Origin: Cyanophora paradoxa CCMP329
Lineage: Eukaryota; Plantae; Glaucophyta
NCBI GenBank assembly: GCA_004431415.1
Contig: QPMI01000141.1
Span: 62,001 to 126,000, forward strand
Direction: 5' to 3'
Length of the DNA stretch: 64,000 nt
Below, one piece after another: positions 36,701 to 48,984 of the stretch (position 1 is its first letter; the number at the start of each line of letters is the position of its first letter). The notes beneath the pieces were generated by a model. The model was given only the letters and a program-made list of their open reading frames with translations, did no database searches and was not told where the DNA came from. The position numbers were made by a program, and so were the translations under genes.

Positions 36701-39700
36701 GAGGTCCATCGAGTCGTCTTCCGCCGGGGCGGCGGCCGGGGCGGCCTGCTCGGCCTGCGCCGGGGCGGGGGGAAGTGGACGACGGCGGTGAGGTCCATGT
36801 CCTCGCCCCCGTCGCCCTCCGCCTCCGCATGGGCCTCCTCCATCGCGGCGGGGGCCGGGGCGGGGGCCGGGGCGGGGCCGGCGGCGAGGGCGGCCTCCTC
36901 GGAGGCGCGGCGCAGCTGCTCGACGATCTCCGCCCCGATCGTGAAGCTCATCTCCTCGTCCCCGTCCTCCTCCTCGTCCACCACCACCTCCGCCTCCTCC
37001 GACCCCGCCTCGCCCTCGGCCCGCGCCGCCGCCGCAGCTGCTGCTTCCTCCTCCTGCTCGTCGGCGCGGGCGGCGGCGGCGAGCTCGGCGCGCAGGTCCA
37101 TCGTCGCGAGGGTCAGGCCGGAGCCGCCCTCGCCGGCCGCCGAGGTGCGGGAGGAGGCCGCCGGGCTGACCGCCGCCGCCGCAGACGGGCGGGGCGCGAG
37201 GGCGACGCCCTCCTCGTCCTCCATGGCGCGCCGCGCAAGCTCCGCGCGCAGGTCCATCTCCGTGTCGCCGGCGAGCGCCGGGGCCGGAGCCGGGGCCGGG
37301 GCCGCCTCTTCGGCGGGGGCGGGAGCGGACTCCGAGGGGCGCGGGGCGGCGCCGGGCGTGGCCGCGGCGGAGAGGGCCGGGCTGCTGGGGACCGCCGACA
37401 CGCGGGCGGCGGCCGACGCGATCGACGCGGCGGGGCTCGGGGCCGGAGCGGCGAAGGCGGAGGGGCGCGGGGCGGAGGCGGGGGCGGAGAAGGCGGAGGG
37501 GCGGGCGGCCGGGGTGGCGGGCCCGGGGAGGGAGAGGGCGCGGGCGCGGAACTCGGTGCCAGTCATGGACATGTCGTCGACGAAGGCGGCGAAGGCAGCG
37601 GCGGCCGGGGGAGGAGCGGGCTGGCCGAGCTGGCGGCCGGTGAGGCGGCGAGGGCCGAGGAGCGGCGCTCGGGGCCAGGGAGAGGCCGCGGTAGAAGCCG
37701 AGGCCGGCCGCCGAAAGGTCCTCCGCCCCGGCCCCACGGGCGGTAGCAGCGGGCCCGCCGCGCTCGGCGCCGGCGAGGCCGCCACCGCCGCCGATGAGCG
37801 CCGCTCGGAGGGGGCGGACGCCGGCTCCGAGCCGGCGCTCGCCATCGCGAACTCCGCCTCCGGCTCCGGCGGCTGCTGCGAGACTTCCTCGATCGCCTCC
37901 TCCGCAGCGGCCGGGGCCGGCGGGGCGGGGGCGGGCGAGGCGGCGGGCGATGCCGCGGCGGCCCCGAGCTCCTCCTCCTCCTGGCGCTGCTGCTGGTGGG
38001 GGACGAGCGAGAGCGCGCGGCGGAAGTCCATCGTCGCCATCGACATCTCCGCCTCCGCAGCGGGGCTCGCCGGAGCGGCGGCTTCCACCTGCTGCTGCTC
38101 GGGCGCCGGCTCATCGGCCTCCTCCTCGTCCTCCATCGCGCGGCGCGCGAGCTCGGCGCGCAGGTCCATCGCCGTCACTGCGTCCACCGCGTCGGGGCCG
38201 GGCACGGGCATCGTCGGGCTGGCCGCGGCGGCCGCCTCCTCCTCCGAGGCGCCGGGGGCGGGGCTCTCGGGGAGGGCGGAGGGGCGTGCGGGGGCGGCCG
38301 GGGAGAGGGCGGCGAGGGAGCGGCGGAAGTCGGCGGCGGACATGGAGAGGTCCTCGTCGGCCCCGAAGCGGGAGGTGGGCGGGAGCAGCGGGCTCCCCGC
38401 CCCCGACGCCGGCGACCCGACCGCCGACGAGAGCCGGCTCGGCCGCGGGCCCGAGAGCGAGAAGACCTCCGGAGGGGCGAGCAGGCCGCCCTCCTCCTCG
38501 TCTGCCGGGGCCCCCGGCCCCGACCCGGCCTCCTCCTCGTCGCCGTACGAAGCGGTCGGGGGCAGCAGCGGGGCGCCCTCGGAGACGGACGGCGAGGCGG
38601 CGCCGGCCTCGAGCTCGCGCTGCTGCTGGTTCGCGAGCGAGAGCGCCCGGCGGAAGTCCATTGTCGCCATCGACATGTCCGCCTCGGCCACCGCCTCGGC
38701 CTCCGCCTCGGCCTCCGCCGCTGGCTGCTGCTTCGACGCCGGCTCATCGGCCTCCCCCTCGTCCTCCATCGCGCGGCGCGCGAGCTCGGCGCGCAGGTCC
38801 ATCGCCGTCGCCGCGTCGACCGCGTCGGGGCCGGGCACGGGCATCGTCGGGCTCGCCACCGCGGCGGCCGCCTCCTCCTCAGAAGGGCGGGGTGCGGCCG
38901 GGGCCGGGGAGAGGGCGGCCTGCTCCTCGGCGCCGGGGCTCCCTGTGAGGGCGGAGGAGGAGGCGCCGGAGGGGCGCTCGAAGGCCTCGCTGGGGCGCGC
39001 GACGGAGCGCCGGAAGTCCATCTCGGTCATCGACATCTCCGCCTCGCCCCCGCCCTCGGCCGTCCCCCGCCCGAACGCCAGCGAGGCGCCCCGGCTGCGG
39101 CCGCGGCTCCGCCGGAAGCTCATCTCCGTCATCTCCATGTCCGCCTCGCCCCCCTCCTCCTCCTCGGGCCCCTCCTGGGCGGGGCCGGCGGGCGGGAGGG
39201 AGAAGCCGCGGCTGCGGAAGTCGATGGCCTCCGCCTCCGCCCGGGCGGCCGGCGGGGCGGCGGCGGCCGCCGCCGCCCGGAGGGCCGCCTCGTCTTCCTC
39301 GTCCTCCTCGTCGCGCAGTGCGGCGGCCGCCAGCTCGCCCCGCAAGTCCATCGCCGTCGCCTCCGCCGCCGCCGCCGCGGGTGCCGCCCCGCCGCACAGG
39401 ACGATCTTGCCGGCCTGGTAAAGCGTGAGGTCCATGTTCTCGTCGTCCAGCCCGCCAGGCGCAGGCTCCGCCGCCGGGGCCGGGGCGGCGCCGAGCTCCA
39501 GCCCCAAGTCCGAGGGGCGCTGCGCCTCGTCCTCCGCAAGCAGCCGCCCGATCGAATCATGCGGCTCCTCTGACGGCCTGCGCGGCGCACGAAGTTCAGA
39601 GGCGCACGCCGGGCACGCAGGCGCTCGCCTGGACCGGAGGAGCGGCGAGAGGCCGGGCGAGTTCTTCACGAGACTCAGCGCCCTGCGCGGTGGCGTGGCG

Positions 39701-40585
39701 TGTTAGAGTGGCGAAACTCGGCACGCGAGCGCATTGAGCGGAGCGCACCGAGCGAGGGAGCTCGGCTGCGCGCTCAGCTCGTCCTCCTCCGCGGCGGACA
39801 TGCGCATGCGCATCTCCTGCTTCTCGCGGAAGTGCCTCTCAAGGTCGTCCTGCGTCCAGTCCTCGTCCACGACCTTGTCGGTCGGCGACTCGAACTGATC
39901 GTTGTCGCTCCTGCCGCCGCGGGTCAGCCGCTGCGGCAATCCGAGCCAGCGGCCTCGGGCGCACCCAGAGCCCGCAGACTGCCTGCCGTCCGACTCCGTG
40001 CTGCTCGGCGACTGACCGTTGATCTGCACCTCGAACACGCGATCCTCGGGCGCGCTGCGGCCGGAGAGCTCAGAGGCGGCCCAGGCGTGCGCAATCCGGT
40101 CGTAGCACCTTGTAGTGCTCTCATTGATGCCGGAGCTCGAAGGCCCCGGCGTCTCGGTGACCGTGGTGAAGAACTGCTTGACCTGGGCCATCGGGTTGAA
40201 GCTCACGCGGCGCCCGATGCCCACCGACTGCCGCATCGATAAGCGCTTCCGCTTTGCCGCCTGGATGTCATCCCTGCGACGCATTAGCTAAGCCACGGGC
40301 GCGGGGCTCGACCTGTCACTCACTCGGTTAGGTCCTCTTCGGCATTGGGCGCGAAGCTGGGGCGCGGGAAGGGATCCTCGATAGCTGCAAACGGTCTCCT
40401 ACGACCAGCGCGGCCCTGCGGCAGAGAAGGATCAGCGGGGCCAGCGCGGTTCAGGAGAAGGGCCGGCACACCGGAGACGGGCTAGCGACCTTCTCCGCTA
40501 GGCCGTGGAAAACATTCTCTTTGTCCTGCAATCCCGGCGACATGTCCACGGCCCGCCTGGGCCGCGGGGAGCGCGCCAGCGACAT
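33776..40585 (-). CDS. KNL1: Kinetochore scaffold KNL1/Spc105/Spc7
   Basis: RRVSF PP1-docking motif (40198-40212), many MELT-like repeats (MDLT, MEMTEM, MSMTEM, MSMTG), Spc7-type KAAARQRARGEW, coiled coil and RWD-like C-terminus (LLEAATGWR...); several homopolymer frameshifts. Confidence 0.85.
38000..38882 (-). repeat. Internal duplicated KNL1 module (two copies, ~38000-38245 and ~38630-38882)
   Basis: EEEAAAA(V)ASPTMPVPGPDAVDAxTAMDLRAELARRAMEDExEADEPA...MSMATMDFRRALSL occurs twice, nearly identical at DNA level. Confidence 0.9.
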
Positions 40586-40794
40586 CAGGACCGTTGTGCG
40601 AACTTCTGCGACGTACCCCCCCAGCAGACTTCTCACTGTTCTCAGTCAGTTCTGCTAGCGCTGCCCCCGCTCCCGGGCCAATTAGGCCGTCCAGCTGCGC
40701 TGTAGACGAACCACAGCGCCTGCTCGTGGCCTCACGGAGCGCGGAAGACCAATTTGATCCAGCACTTAGGCGCCGGCCTAGCCAGTCCAGGTAG

Positions 40795-41800
40795 ATGGCG
40801 GATGGAAGCGGCGTAGTTGTCGACGTCTGGTCGGACATCGCTTGCCCATGGTGCGCCTGCCGGATCGCGACGCGAACTGCCGCTCAGCTTCTGCGCACAG
40901 GTGCTACGTCGGCAAGCGGCGTTTCCAGCAGGCGCTGAAGACGTTCTCCCAGTCGAATCCGTGCGCTTGAGTCCCGCGGGATTCGGGGATGACGCGCCCA
41001 GCGCCCGCCGCGCGGCCGCTAACCTCCGTCGATATCGCAGCGACACACCCGTCGAAGTGCGCTTTCACCCGTACATGATCGGTTCGCCCGACGCGCTCTA
41101 GCCTCGCCCCGTCCTCGCGCGCGTCCCAGCACGCCAGCTCGTCCTCGTCCTCACGAGCCGCGCGCCGCATATGCATGCGCAGATCCGGCGACGGCGAAGG
41201 ACGGTGAAGATTACCTGGCGTACAACCGGCGGCGCTGGGGCGGGGACGGGTGGACCGGGGAGCTGCGGCGGGCGGGGAAGGCCGTGGGGGCGCCCTTCGG
41301 GGACTGGAAGACGTGGCCGAACACGCTGCTGGCGCACTGCCTGGCGGAGGCGGCGTACGCGGCGGGCCGCGGGGACGAGGCCGTCGAGGCGCTCTTCGCC
41401 GCCACGTACGAGAAGGGGCAGAACGTCTCCGACCGCGCGGCGCGCCCCCCGCCCGCCCAACGCTGGCGCTTCCTTGTCCTCATGGACGCGTCTTCCGCAG
41501 ACGCTGGAGAGGATCGCGGTCGAGCTGGGGCTGGACCCCTCCGCCTGCTTCTCGGAGGAGGCGCAGGCCGCCGTCAAGCGCAAGGCGCGCCTCGCCTCCC
41601 CCCTCTCACAGTCCGCCGGCCTCTCAGCTGGGGCGGGGCAGGACGCGGCGGCGAAGCGGGGCCGCTTCGAGATCGGGGGCGTGCCATTCTGGGTGATGCG
41701 GGGCCCCAGCGAGCAGGCCCTCGCCCTCGAGGGCGCCCAAGGCCCCTCCGCCTTCACCGCCGCCCTCCGCAAGGCCGCCTCGAGCTCCCCAAGCGCATAG
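40795..41800 (+). CDS. DsbA/FrnE-like thioredoxin-fold oxidoreductase
   Basis: VDVWSDIACPW|CYVGKRRF, VRFHPYMI, NTLLAH, LFAATYEKGQNVSD, GGVPFW, EGAQ. Confidence 0.9.
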
Positions 41801-42346
41801 CTGCAGCCCGCCCCGTTGGACTATAATCTGGACCCTCGAAATTAAACGTTCCATTGAACTTCGGATTTGATTCAAGTGGTGTAATTAGATTAGGGCGCAT
41901 GTACGCGAGCACTACGCGGTCTATAGATCTGCGAGACTGCATAGGACATCGTAATGCAAGATCGAAACGCATCTGTTCGTAACTGTGATCGACTCGAGGC
42001 TGAGAGGGAGTAGGCTATCCTCAGCTGTTTGTTCATCAAAGGCTTTAGTTTAGGTCACTGTGCGATGAATTATAGCCGCCCGGCCAGCGGAGCCGGGGGG
42101 GGGGGGGGGGGATACATAAAGATGGAGATGGAAAATGAATCCCACTGTATCCACTGCACAAACTCAAGGGAAGGCTGACTTGCTAGAAATCTGTGGTAGC
42201 AGGACATAAGACGATATCGGGTGTAGAGTTACAGCGTGGCAAGCTTCCTAACTTTACAAGGGCGCCCCCCGAACTGAGCGAGGAGGCCCTACATGCATAC
42301 TCTAACGAAAGCAGACAAAAAGCAGAAGACGACGAAAAGCGCTCGC

Positions 42347-45029
42347 TCACTGGGGCGAGAGGCCCGGCAGGGAGCGGAGGTTGAGGGGCGCCATGGACTG
42401 CGCGAAGCCCTCCGTTGGGGCTGCCCCGCCCAGCAGAGAGGCCGGGGACGGCGAGGGGGTCACTCCGGGGCGGGCCGGGCCGGCGGGGGCCGGCTCGAGG
42501 GCGCGGGGCGGGAGGGAGAGGGAGCAGAGCTCGGGGGTGGCGGCGGGGGAGGGCACGGCGGTGAGCGGGGCGCTGCGGGCGCCCCCGGGGGGCGACGAGA
42601 AGCGCGGGCTGCCCTCCGCGCACGACGCCGACACGGGCGCCCGCGGGGCCGGCGCCAGGGGCGACCCGCCGGCCACGGGCGGCCGCGGCGCCGGCGGCGG
42701 GCCGGCGGCGTGCGCCGGCGGAGCCGAGGAGAAGGCGTGTGGCGAGGGGCGGGCGGCGGCCGAGGACTGCTGCGGCGGGGGGCGGGGGCAGGCCCTGGGG
42801 GCAGGCTGGGGCCGCCGGGGCCGCCGTGGCAAAGACGGGGGACGGAGCCTGGACGCGGATCGCCTGCGGGGCCGGGCGGAGGGCGGCCCCCGCCGAGTCC
42901 ACGGGGGGCGTGAAGCGGAGAAGGGGCGCAGGGACCGGCGAGCGGGCGGCCGGGGCGGGGGGCGGGGCGGCGAAGGGGGCGGGGCGGCGCTCAGGGTCGA
43001 GCTCGGGCGGGCTCCCGCCGTCCTCCGAGGGCTCCGGCACGACGAACTCGAGGCGGCGGATGGTGGCACCGTTGGGCAGCGGCGAGGCCGAGTCGACGCC
43101 GACGTTCACCTGCAGCAGGCGGCCGCTGCGGCGGTACAGGAGCGGCGAGGAGGCCGAGTGGCCCCGGGGCGAGGTCGGCTGTGAGCGGGCGTAGGCGACG
43201 GCGGGGGCGGCGGCGGCGGGGCCGTGGAGGGGCGTCGAGGCGCCGCTCGCGGGGCTCGAGTCGGCGACGCTGTAGCGCCGCTGGCGGGCGTGCTCCAGCG
43301 CGTCGTGCAGGAGGGAGCCCGGGCACTGCGCCGGGAAGCTGTACCGCCGCGCCCCGTACGCCTGCGCCCCGCCCTCCCCGGGGTGGCCCCTCCCCGGGGG
43401 GAAGAACGCGGGGGGGACGGCCAGCAGGCTGGAGAAGGAGGGCGGGGCGGGTCCGAGGGAGACCCGCGGGGAGTGGGCGAGCAGGGGGGACGGGGCGGGC
43501 GGCAGCGGCGGCCGCAGGGACGGGTCGAAGGCGCTCGGCTCCTCGCCCGTCGAATGCCGCCGGCCCATGCGGACGGCGGCGGGGGCGGGCCAGGCCTCGC
43601 CGCCGGGGTCCTTGGCGGGGTCGGCGGAGGGCGGGGAGGGGGGCAGGACGGCGGGGGAGAGGTCGCGGGGGTCCCCGAAGCTGGCGCGGGAGGGGTCGGA
43701 GACGCAGATGGAGGCGGAGCGCCCCTGGGGCACGCGCGACCCTGGCGAGACCTCCGCCCCCGCCTCCTCCTCCTCGGGCCGGGGCCCTGGCGCCGGCAGC
43801 GCCGACTCCGAGAACCAGTGCGGCCGGGGCGACGAGGGGCGCCGGGGGGACGTGGCCGAGGCGGAGGGCGTGGGGCCCGAGGGGTGGCCCTGCGAGGGGG
43901 AGGGGTGCGAGTGCGGCGGGGAGACCGACGCGCGCCGCGGGCTCGCCGCGCCGAGGCTGTAACCGGAGGCCGAGGCCGGGGGGGACGGGGAGGCGCAGGC
44001 GGCGGGGCGGCCCATGTGGGCCGGGGCGGGGAGGGGGGCGAAGGCGGGCAGCGGCTGCTGGAAGGCGGAGGAGGAGCAGGCGGCGAAGGGCGGGGAGGAC
44101 GAGGGCCGCCGCCGCACGAGCGAGTAGGAGACGGCGAGCGGGCCGCGGGCCTCCGCGTCGACCGCGACGAAGAGCGTGCCCGCCTGCGCCGCCGCCGCCG
44201 CCGCGACCGGCACCGTCAGCACGCCGCCCTCCGACCGCCATTGCGCGTCCGCTGCCGCCGGGCGTCAGTCACGCGGGGCACGCGGCGCGGCGGGGGGCCG
44301 CGGGAGGACCGAGGGCGGACCATCCGTCGGGAGGACGCGGCGGAAGGAAGCGAGGAGGCGGGTGCGCGGGTCGCCGGCGGGGGTCTTAGGCTGCAGCGGC
44401 AGCGCCTCGACGCGCATGAGGGCCCACGCCGCGTCCTCCTCTTGCGGCACGCGGATCCGCAGGTACGCCCGGCAGCCGGGGCCCGCAACGACCGTCGCAG
44501 GCCTGCGCGGCGCTCCTCAGCGAGGCGCCCCGAGCCGCGGGGCGGAGGGAGGCGCGCCGCTCAGACTCGGAGAGGAGGACGGGGACCGTCAGGTCGACCG
44601 CGAGCTCGTATGTGGACTCTGCGAGCGCTTCGACGACGACCAGGAGCGCCCCGTGCAGCTGCTGACTGCTTCGCCTCTGGAGCTCCAATCGCCCATTGTG
44701 TCCCTCTTTCAGTTCGATGCGGGCGACGTCCTGGGCGTGAGGGGAGCAGTGAGAAAGCCGCAGAAACCATTGAAAGGGGTCTGGAAAAGAAAGGGAAGAA
44801 CCTCGTGCGGGGAGCTCCACTGCGCGGTTATAGAGACGTGGCCGAGCCTCGCCCCACAGGAGATGCCCACTACTGTATCGCCGTCCGGAATTGATACTCG
44901 ATATAGCGCCCGCTGTCCGCCCGGAAGGGATGCGGACGCCCGCTGATTGAGGCCGAGGAGCATGGCCATAACTGCGCGGCTCGCCCCTGGGCGGGCGGCC
45001 CGTGCTGGAGCTTCCAAGCTTGTTGTCAC
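42347..45029 (-). CDS. Hypothetical protein with N-terminal beta-rich domains and a long Ser/Pro-rich disordered tail
   Basis: Exons ALYRVSIPDG, GALLVVVEALAESTYELAV and GTLFVAVDAE...VSYSL, followed by a low-complexity ORF; ends approximate. Confidence 0.45.
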
Positions 45030-45324
45030 TGAAGGGGGGGCTTACACGCGCTGGGCGGCCGGCGGGGGGTGGTTGCGGCCGCGGCTCTTATTGATGCAAC
45101 GCTGGCACACACTGGTCTTCCTGGTTCTGGGGAAGATCTCGCGGGCGCCGTGAGGCGGCAGGGGAATGCCAATCGAGCTCGGAAGAGCTCGCGCAGGCTC
45201 GAGCTCCGACCCGAGGTTTTTTACGTGGCAACTGAGCCGGGCTCAGAGCTTCGAAAGGGGTAAAGCGTTACGAGAGGGGGGTGAAGCCGGCCTAGCCGTG
45301 ATCGATCCAGCAGACCGCGACAGA

Positions 45325-47061
45325 ATGGCCCGCGACGAAGAGATGGTCGATGCGGAGGAGGAGGAGGTCGAGTTGGACATCTCCAACGCGGACGTCGTCA
45401 CAAAGTATCGTACCGCCGGCGACATCGCCAATCGTGCGCCGGGCCCGGGGGCCGCGTCCGATCTCGTTTCTCACTCCCTTGGGTTGCGCAGGCACTCTCG
45501 CGAAGATCGTGGCCGCTGCGGCGCCCGGGACGCCTATCCTCGCTCTCTGTGACCTCGGCGACAATGCTATCGTGGAGGAGACGAAGGCGATCTACGGCAA
45601 AGTCAAGGAAAAGGGCATTGCGTTCCCCACATGCATCTCGGTGAACAACTGCGGCGGGCACTACAGCCCCCTGGCTTCGGAGGCGAACCAGACGCTCAAT
45701 GTGGGCGATGTTGTCAAAGTGTGAGTTCCCTGACGTGCCTCCCCGCCCGCTCCTTCTAGCTCTGTCATTAGCGCGTTTAGGCAAAGCGTACGCGCGTTGA
45801 TCGCGCTCGCAGTGATCTCGCTGTGCACATCGATGGCTTCATCGCGACGGCGGCGCACACGTTCGTCTGTGGGCAGAACCCTGCCACCCCCATTGAGGGC
45901 AAGGTCGCGGATCTCATCGCTGCTGCGAACACTGCCGCTGAGGCGGTGCTGCGGTTGATGAAGCCGGGCAACAAGGTTAGTGATCGCGTCTCTGCTCCGG
46001 GCCTCGGACCTCGTGAGGCGTGCCGCGACTCGCTCTGACTCTGTTTCGAACAATTCGACAGAACACCCAGGTGTCCGAGGTGATCCAGAAGGTCGCCGCG
46101 GCGTACGGCGTGAATGCCGTGGAGGGCGTGCTGTCCCACCAGATCAAGCGCTTCGTCATTGATGGCAACAAGGTGCTTTCGCTTTCCTTTCCTCTTTCCA
46201 TCGTCCCCGCGCGCCCCTCGCTCGGTCATAACCTGCGCTCGGCATGCGCAGGTCATCATGAACAAGCCGACAGTGGAGCAGAAGGTTGACGAGGTCACGT
46301 TCGAGCCCAACGAGGTGTACTCGATCGATATTGTGTTCAGCACGGGCGAGGGCAAGGTTCGTAGCTCGCCTGGCGGTCGAGAGATGACGGGGAGCTCAAT
46401 ATGACTTTCCTCGCTGCAGCTCAAGGAGCTCGGCGAGCAGCGGACGACCGTCTTCAAGCGCGCCGTCGACCGCCAGTACAACCTGAAGATGCAGGTCCGC
46501 GTCCTCGGCTGCCAACCCGCTCGACTTCCGGGCCCATCTGACTCGTGTCTCTGCAGACATCCCGGAAATTCCTCTCGGAAGTAAACAGCAAGTTCCCGTC
46601 CTTGCCATTCACGCTTCGGTGCGCGCGAAATCCTCCCCGGCGCCCGTCCTTTAGATGTCGCTCACGGTCTGCGATTTCCCCGCAGCGCGCTGGGCGACGA
46701 GAAGACCGGCCGCCTCGGCGTCGTCGAGTGCCTGAAGCACGAGCTCCTGCACGCATACCCGGTCCTGTACGAGAAGCAGGGTGCGCACGCAGCGCCCGGC
46801 CCGCCCTTCCGCTTCATACGAACGCCCCGCCGACGATCCGGCGCGCGCGCAGGCGAGCAGCTGGCGCACGTCAAGTACACGGTGCTGCTGATGCCGACGG
46901 GCCCGACGCGCATCACGGGCGCGGCGCCGCCGGCGGTCAAGTCGGAGAAGACGGTCGAGGACGCCGAGGTCAAGGCCCTGCTGGCCACCTCGCTCAAGAA
47001 GAAGTCCGGCAAGAAGAAGGCCGGCGCCGCGGGCGGCTCCGAGATGGATACCGCCGCGTAA
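45325..47061 (+). CDS. PA2G4: Proliferation-associated protein 2G4 / EBP1
   Basis: DVVTKYRTAGDIAN, KGIAFPTCISVNN, HIDGFIATAAHT, EGVLSHQIKRFVIDGNK, RLGVVECLKHELL; nine exons. Confidence 0.96.
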
Positions 47062-47352
47062 TTTTCAGACGATCCCGCCGGCGCTGCCGGCGCTGGTCCG
47101 TAGCGGCAGATTTTGGTACCTCTGTCAAAGCATTTCAAACAGGCCTCTCGCGCTCGAGGTGGGGAACGTCGCAATTGCGTCAGCCAAGATCTAGGAGCAC
47201 TGAGCCGAGATCGGAGCTCGCAAGCGCTGCCGCTGCCGCCGCGCGGGCTGCATGGGCGCGCAGGGGCGTTGGGAGGGGTGGCTATGGGGGGGTTCAGATT
47301 CTATCTTGAAGCTATAGCTAAGCCAGCTAGCCAGCTCGAGACCAGCGCCGCA

Positions 47353-48680
47353 ATGGCAGGCGTGGACGCGTTCTACGCAGCGCTAGGAAGGCGCGGGATC
47401 CAGCCGGGCCTCGACAGGATCCACCGGCTGCTCGCGGCGCTCGGCCGGCCGCACGAGGCGGCCCCCGTCGTGCACGTCGCGGGCACGAACGGCAAGGGAT
47501 CCGTCTGCGCGTATGTGTCGTCCGTCTTCCGCGCCGCGGGCTACCGCGTCGGCCGCTTCACGTCGCCCTACCTGCTGCACCCTCGCGACTGCATCTGGAT
47601 CGACGGCGCGCCGCTGAGCGCCGGCGAGTGGGAGGCCGAGATCGGGCGCATTCGCGCGCTGCTGGACGGCGCCGGGGACACGGCGACGACCCAGTTCGAG
47701 GTGCTGACCGCGGCGGCCTTAGCCTCCTTCGCGCGGCGCGGCGTGGACGTGGCGGTCATGGAAGCGGGCATGGGCGGCCGCGGGGACTGCACGAACGTCA
47801 CGACCGCGGCGGGCGCGCTTGCGACGGGCCTCGTCTCGGTCTCGCTGGACCACCAGAAGTTCCTGGGCGACACCGTCGCGGCGATCGCCCGCGAGAAGGC
47901 CGGCCTCTTCCGCGCCGGCAGGCCGGCCGTCGTCGGCCCCCTGCCGCCCGACGCGCGCGCCGAGGTGGAGGCGGCCGCCGCCGAGCTGCGGCCGCCGGCG
48001 CGCCTCCTGTGGCCGGCCCCCGCGGTCCCCGAGGCGGACGGCGCGTGGGCGGCGCTCCCGAGCGAGGGCGGCGTGCGCGTGCCGCTGCGGCTCGCCGGCG
48101 GCTTCCAGCTCGCGAACGCGGCGGTCGGGGCCTCGCTGGCGCTCGCGGCGGCGCGCGAGGGCGGCTTCGGGCGCGTGGACGCGGGGCGCTGCAGCGGGGC
48201 ATGGAGGCCGTGCGGTGGCCGGGCCGCCTGGAGTGGCGCGCCTGGGGCGGGCGCGAGCTGCTCGTCGACGGCGCGCACAACGACGACGCGGCGCACGCCC
48301 TCCGCGCCTACGCCGACGCGGCGCTGCGGAAGCGGGCGGGCGGGGCCTCGCCCGGCCCGGTGCACTGGGTGATCGGGGTGCTCGAGAGCAAGGACGCGCG
48401 CTCCATCCTGCGCGCCCTCCTCCGCCCCGGCGACTCCGCCTCGTTCGTCCCCGTCCGCATCCCCGCCGACGCCGCCTGGCAGCGCAGCGCCGACCCCGCC
48501 GCCCTCCTCGCCGCCGCCCGCGAGGCCTGCCCGGGCCTCCGCTCGGCCGAGGTGCGGGCCTCGCTGCGGGGGGGCCTGGAGGCGGCGGCGGGGGACGGCG
48601 CGGCGGCCCTCCGCGTCCTCTGCGGCTCCCTGTACCTCGTCGGCGAGTTCACGGAGATGGCGGGGTACGCCCCCTCGTAG
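47353..48680 (+). CDS. folC: Dihydrofolate synthase / folylpolyglutamate synthase (FolC), intronless, with one apparent frameshift near 48185
   Basis: HVAGTNGKGS, GRFTSPYL, TQFE, EAGMGGRGDCTN, IAREKAG, WPGRL, VDGAHN, LCGSLYLVG. Confidence 0.93.
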
Positions 48681-48984
48681 CTCCCGCTTGGCTTTTGCGA
48701 CCTTCGAAACTCCGTGGTTTTGGCAGTCTCGAGTGCGGGGAGGGGGCGGGGGCGGAGGGGCCGGGGCCGGGGCGGGGCGGGGTCCCCGGAGGGCCGGGGC
48801 GAAGGCAAAAGGCCGACTGGGTGCACGCGGGGCCGGGAGGGGCGGGGCGGCCGAGCCACGTGCACGTGCACCGGGCGGGCTGAGTCGAGCTTGAAACAAA
48901 AATATTCTCTTGAAATTACACGGAGCTTTCATACAAAGGCTAACACACGGGCGCCAAGTTAAAGACGTGGCCGCGACCCCCGCA

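Noticed and set aside
48178-48200. Frameshift in folC as programmed frameshifting or pseudogenisation
   Set aside because: It falls in a G run where one extra G restores DAGALQ; both halves are intact, so a homopolymer sequencing error is more likely
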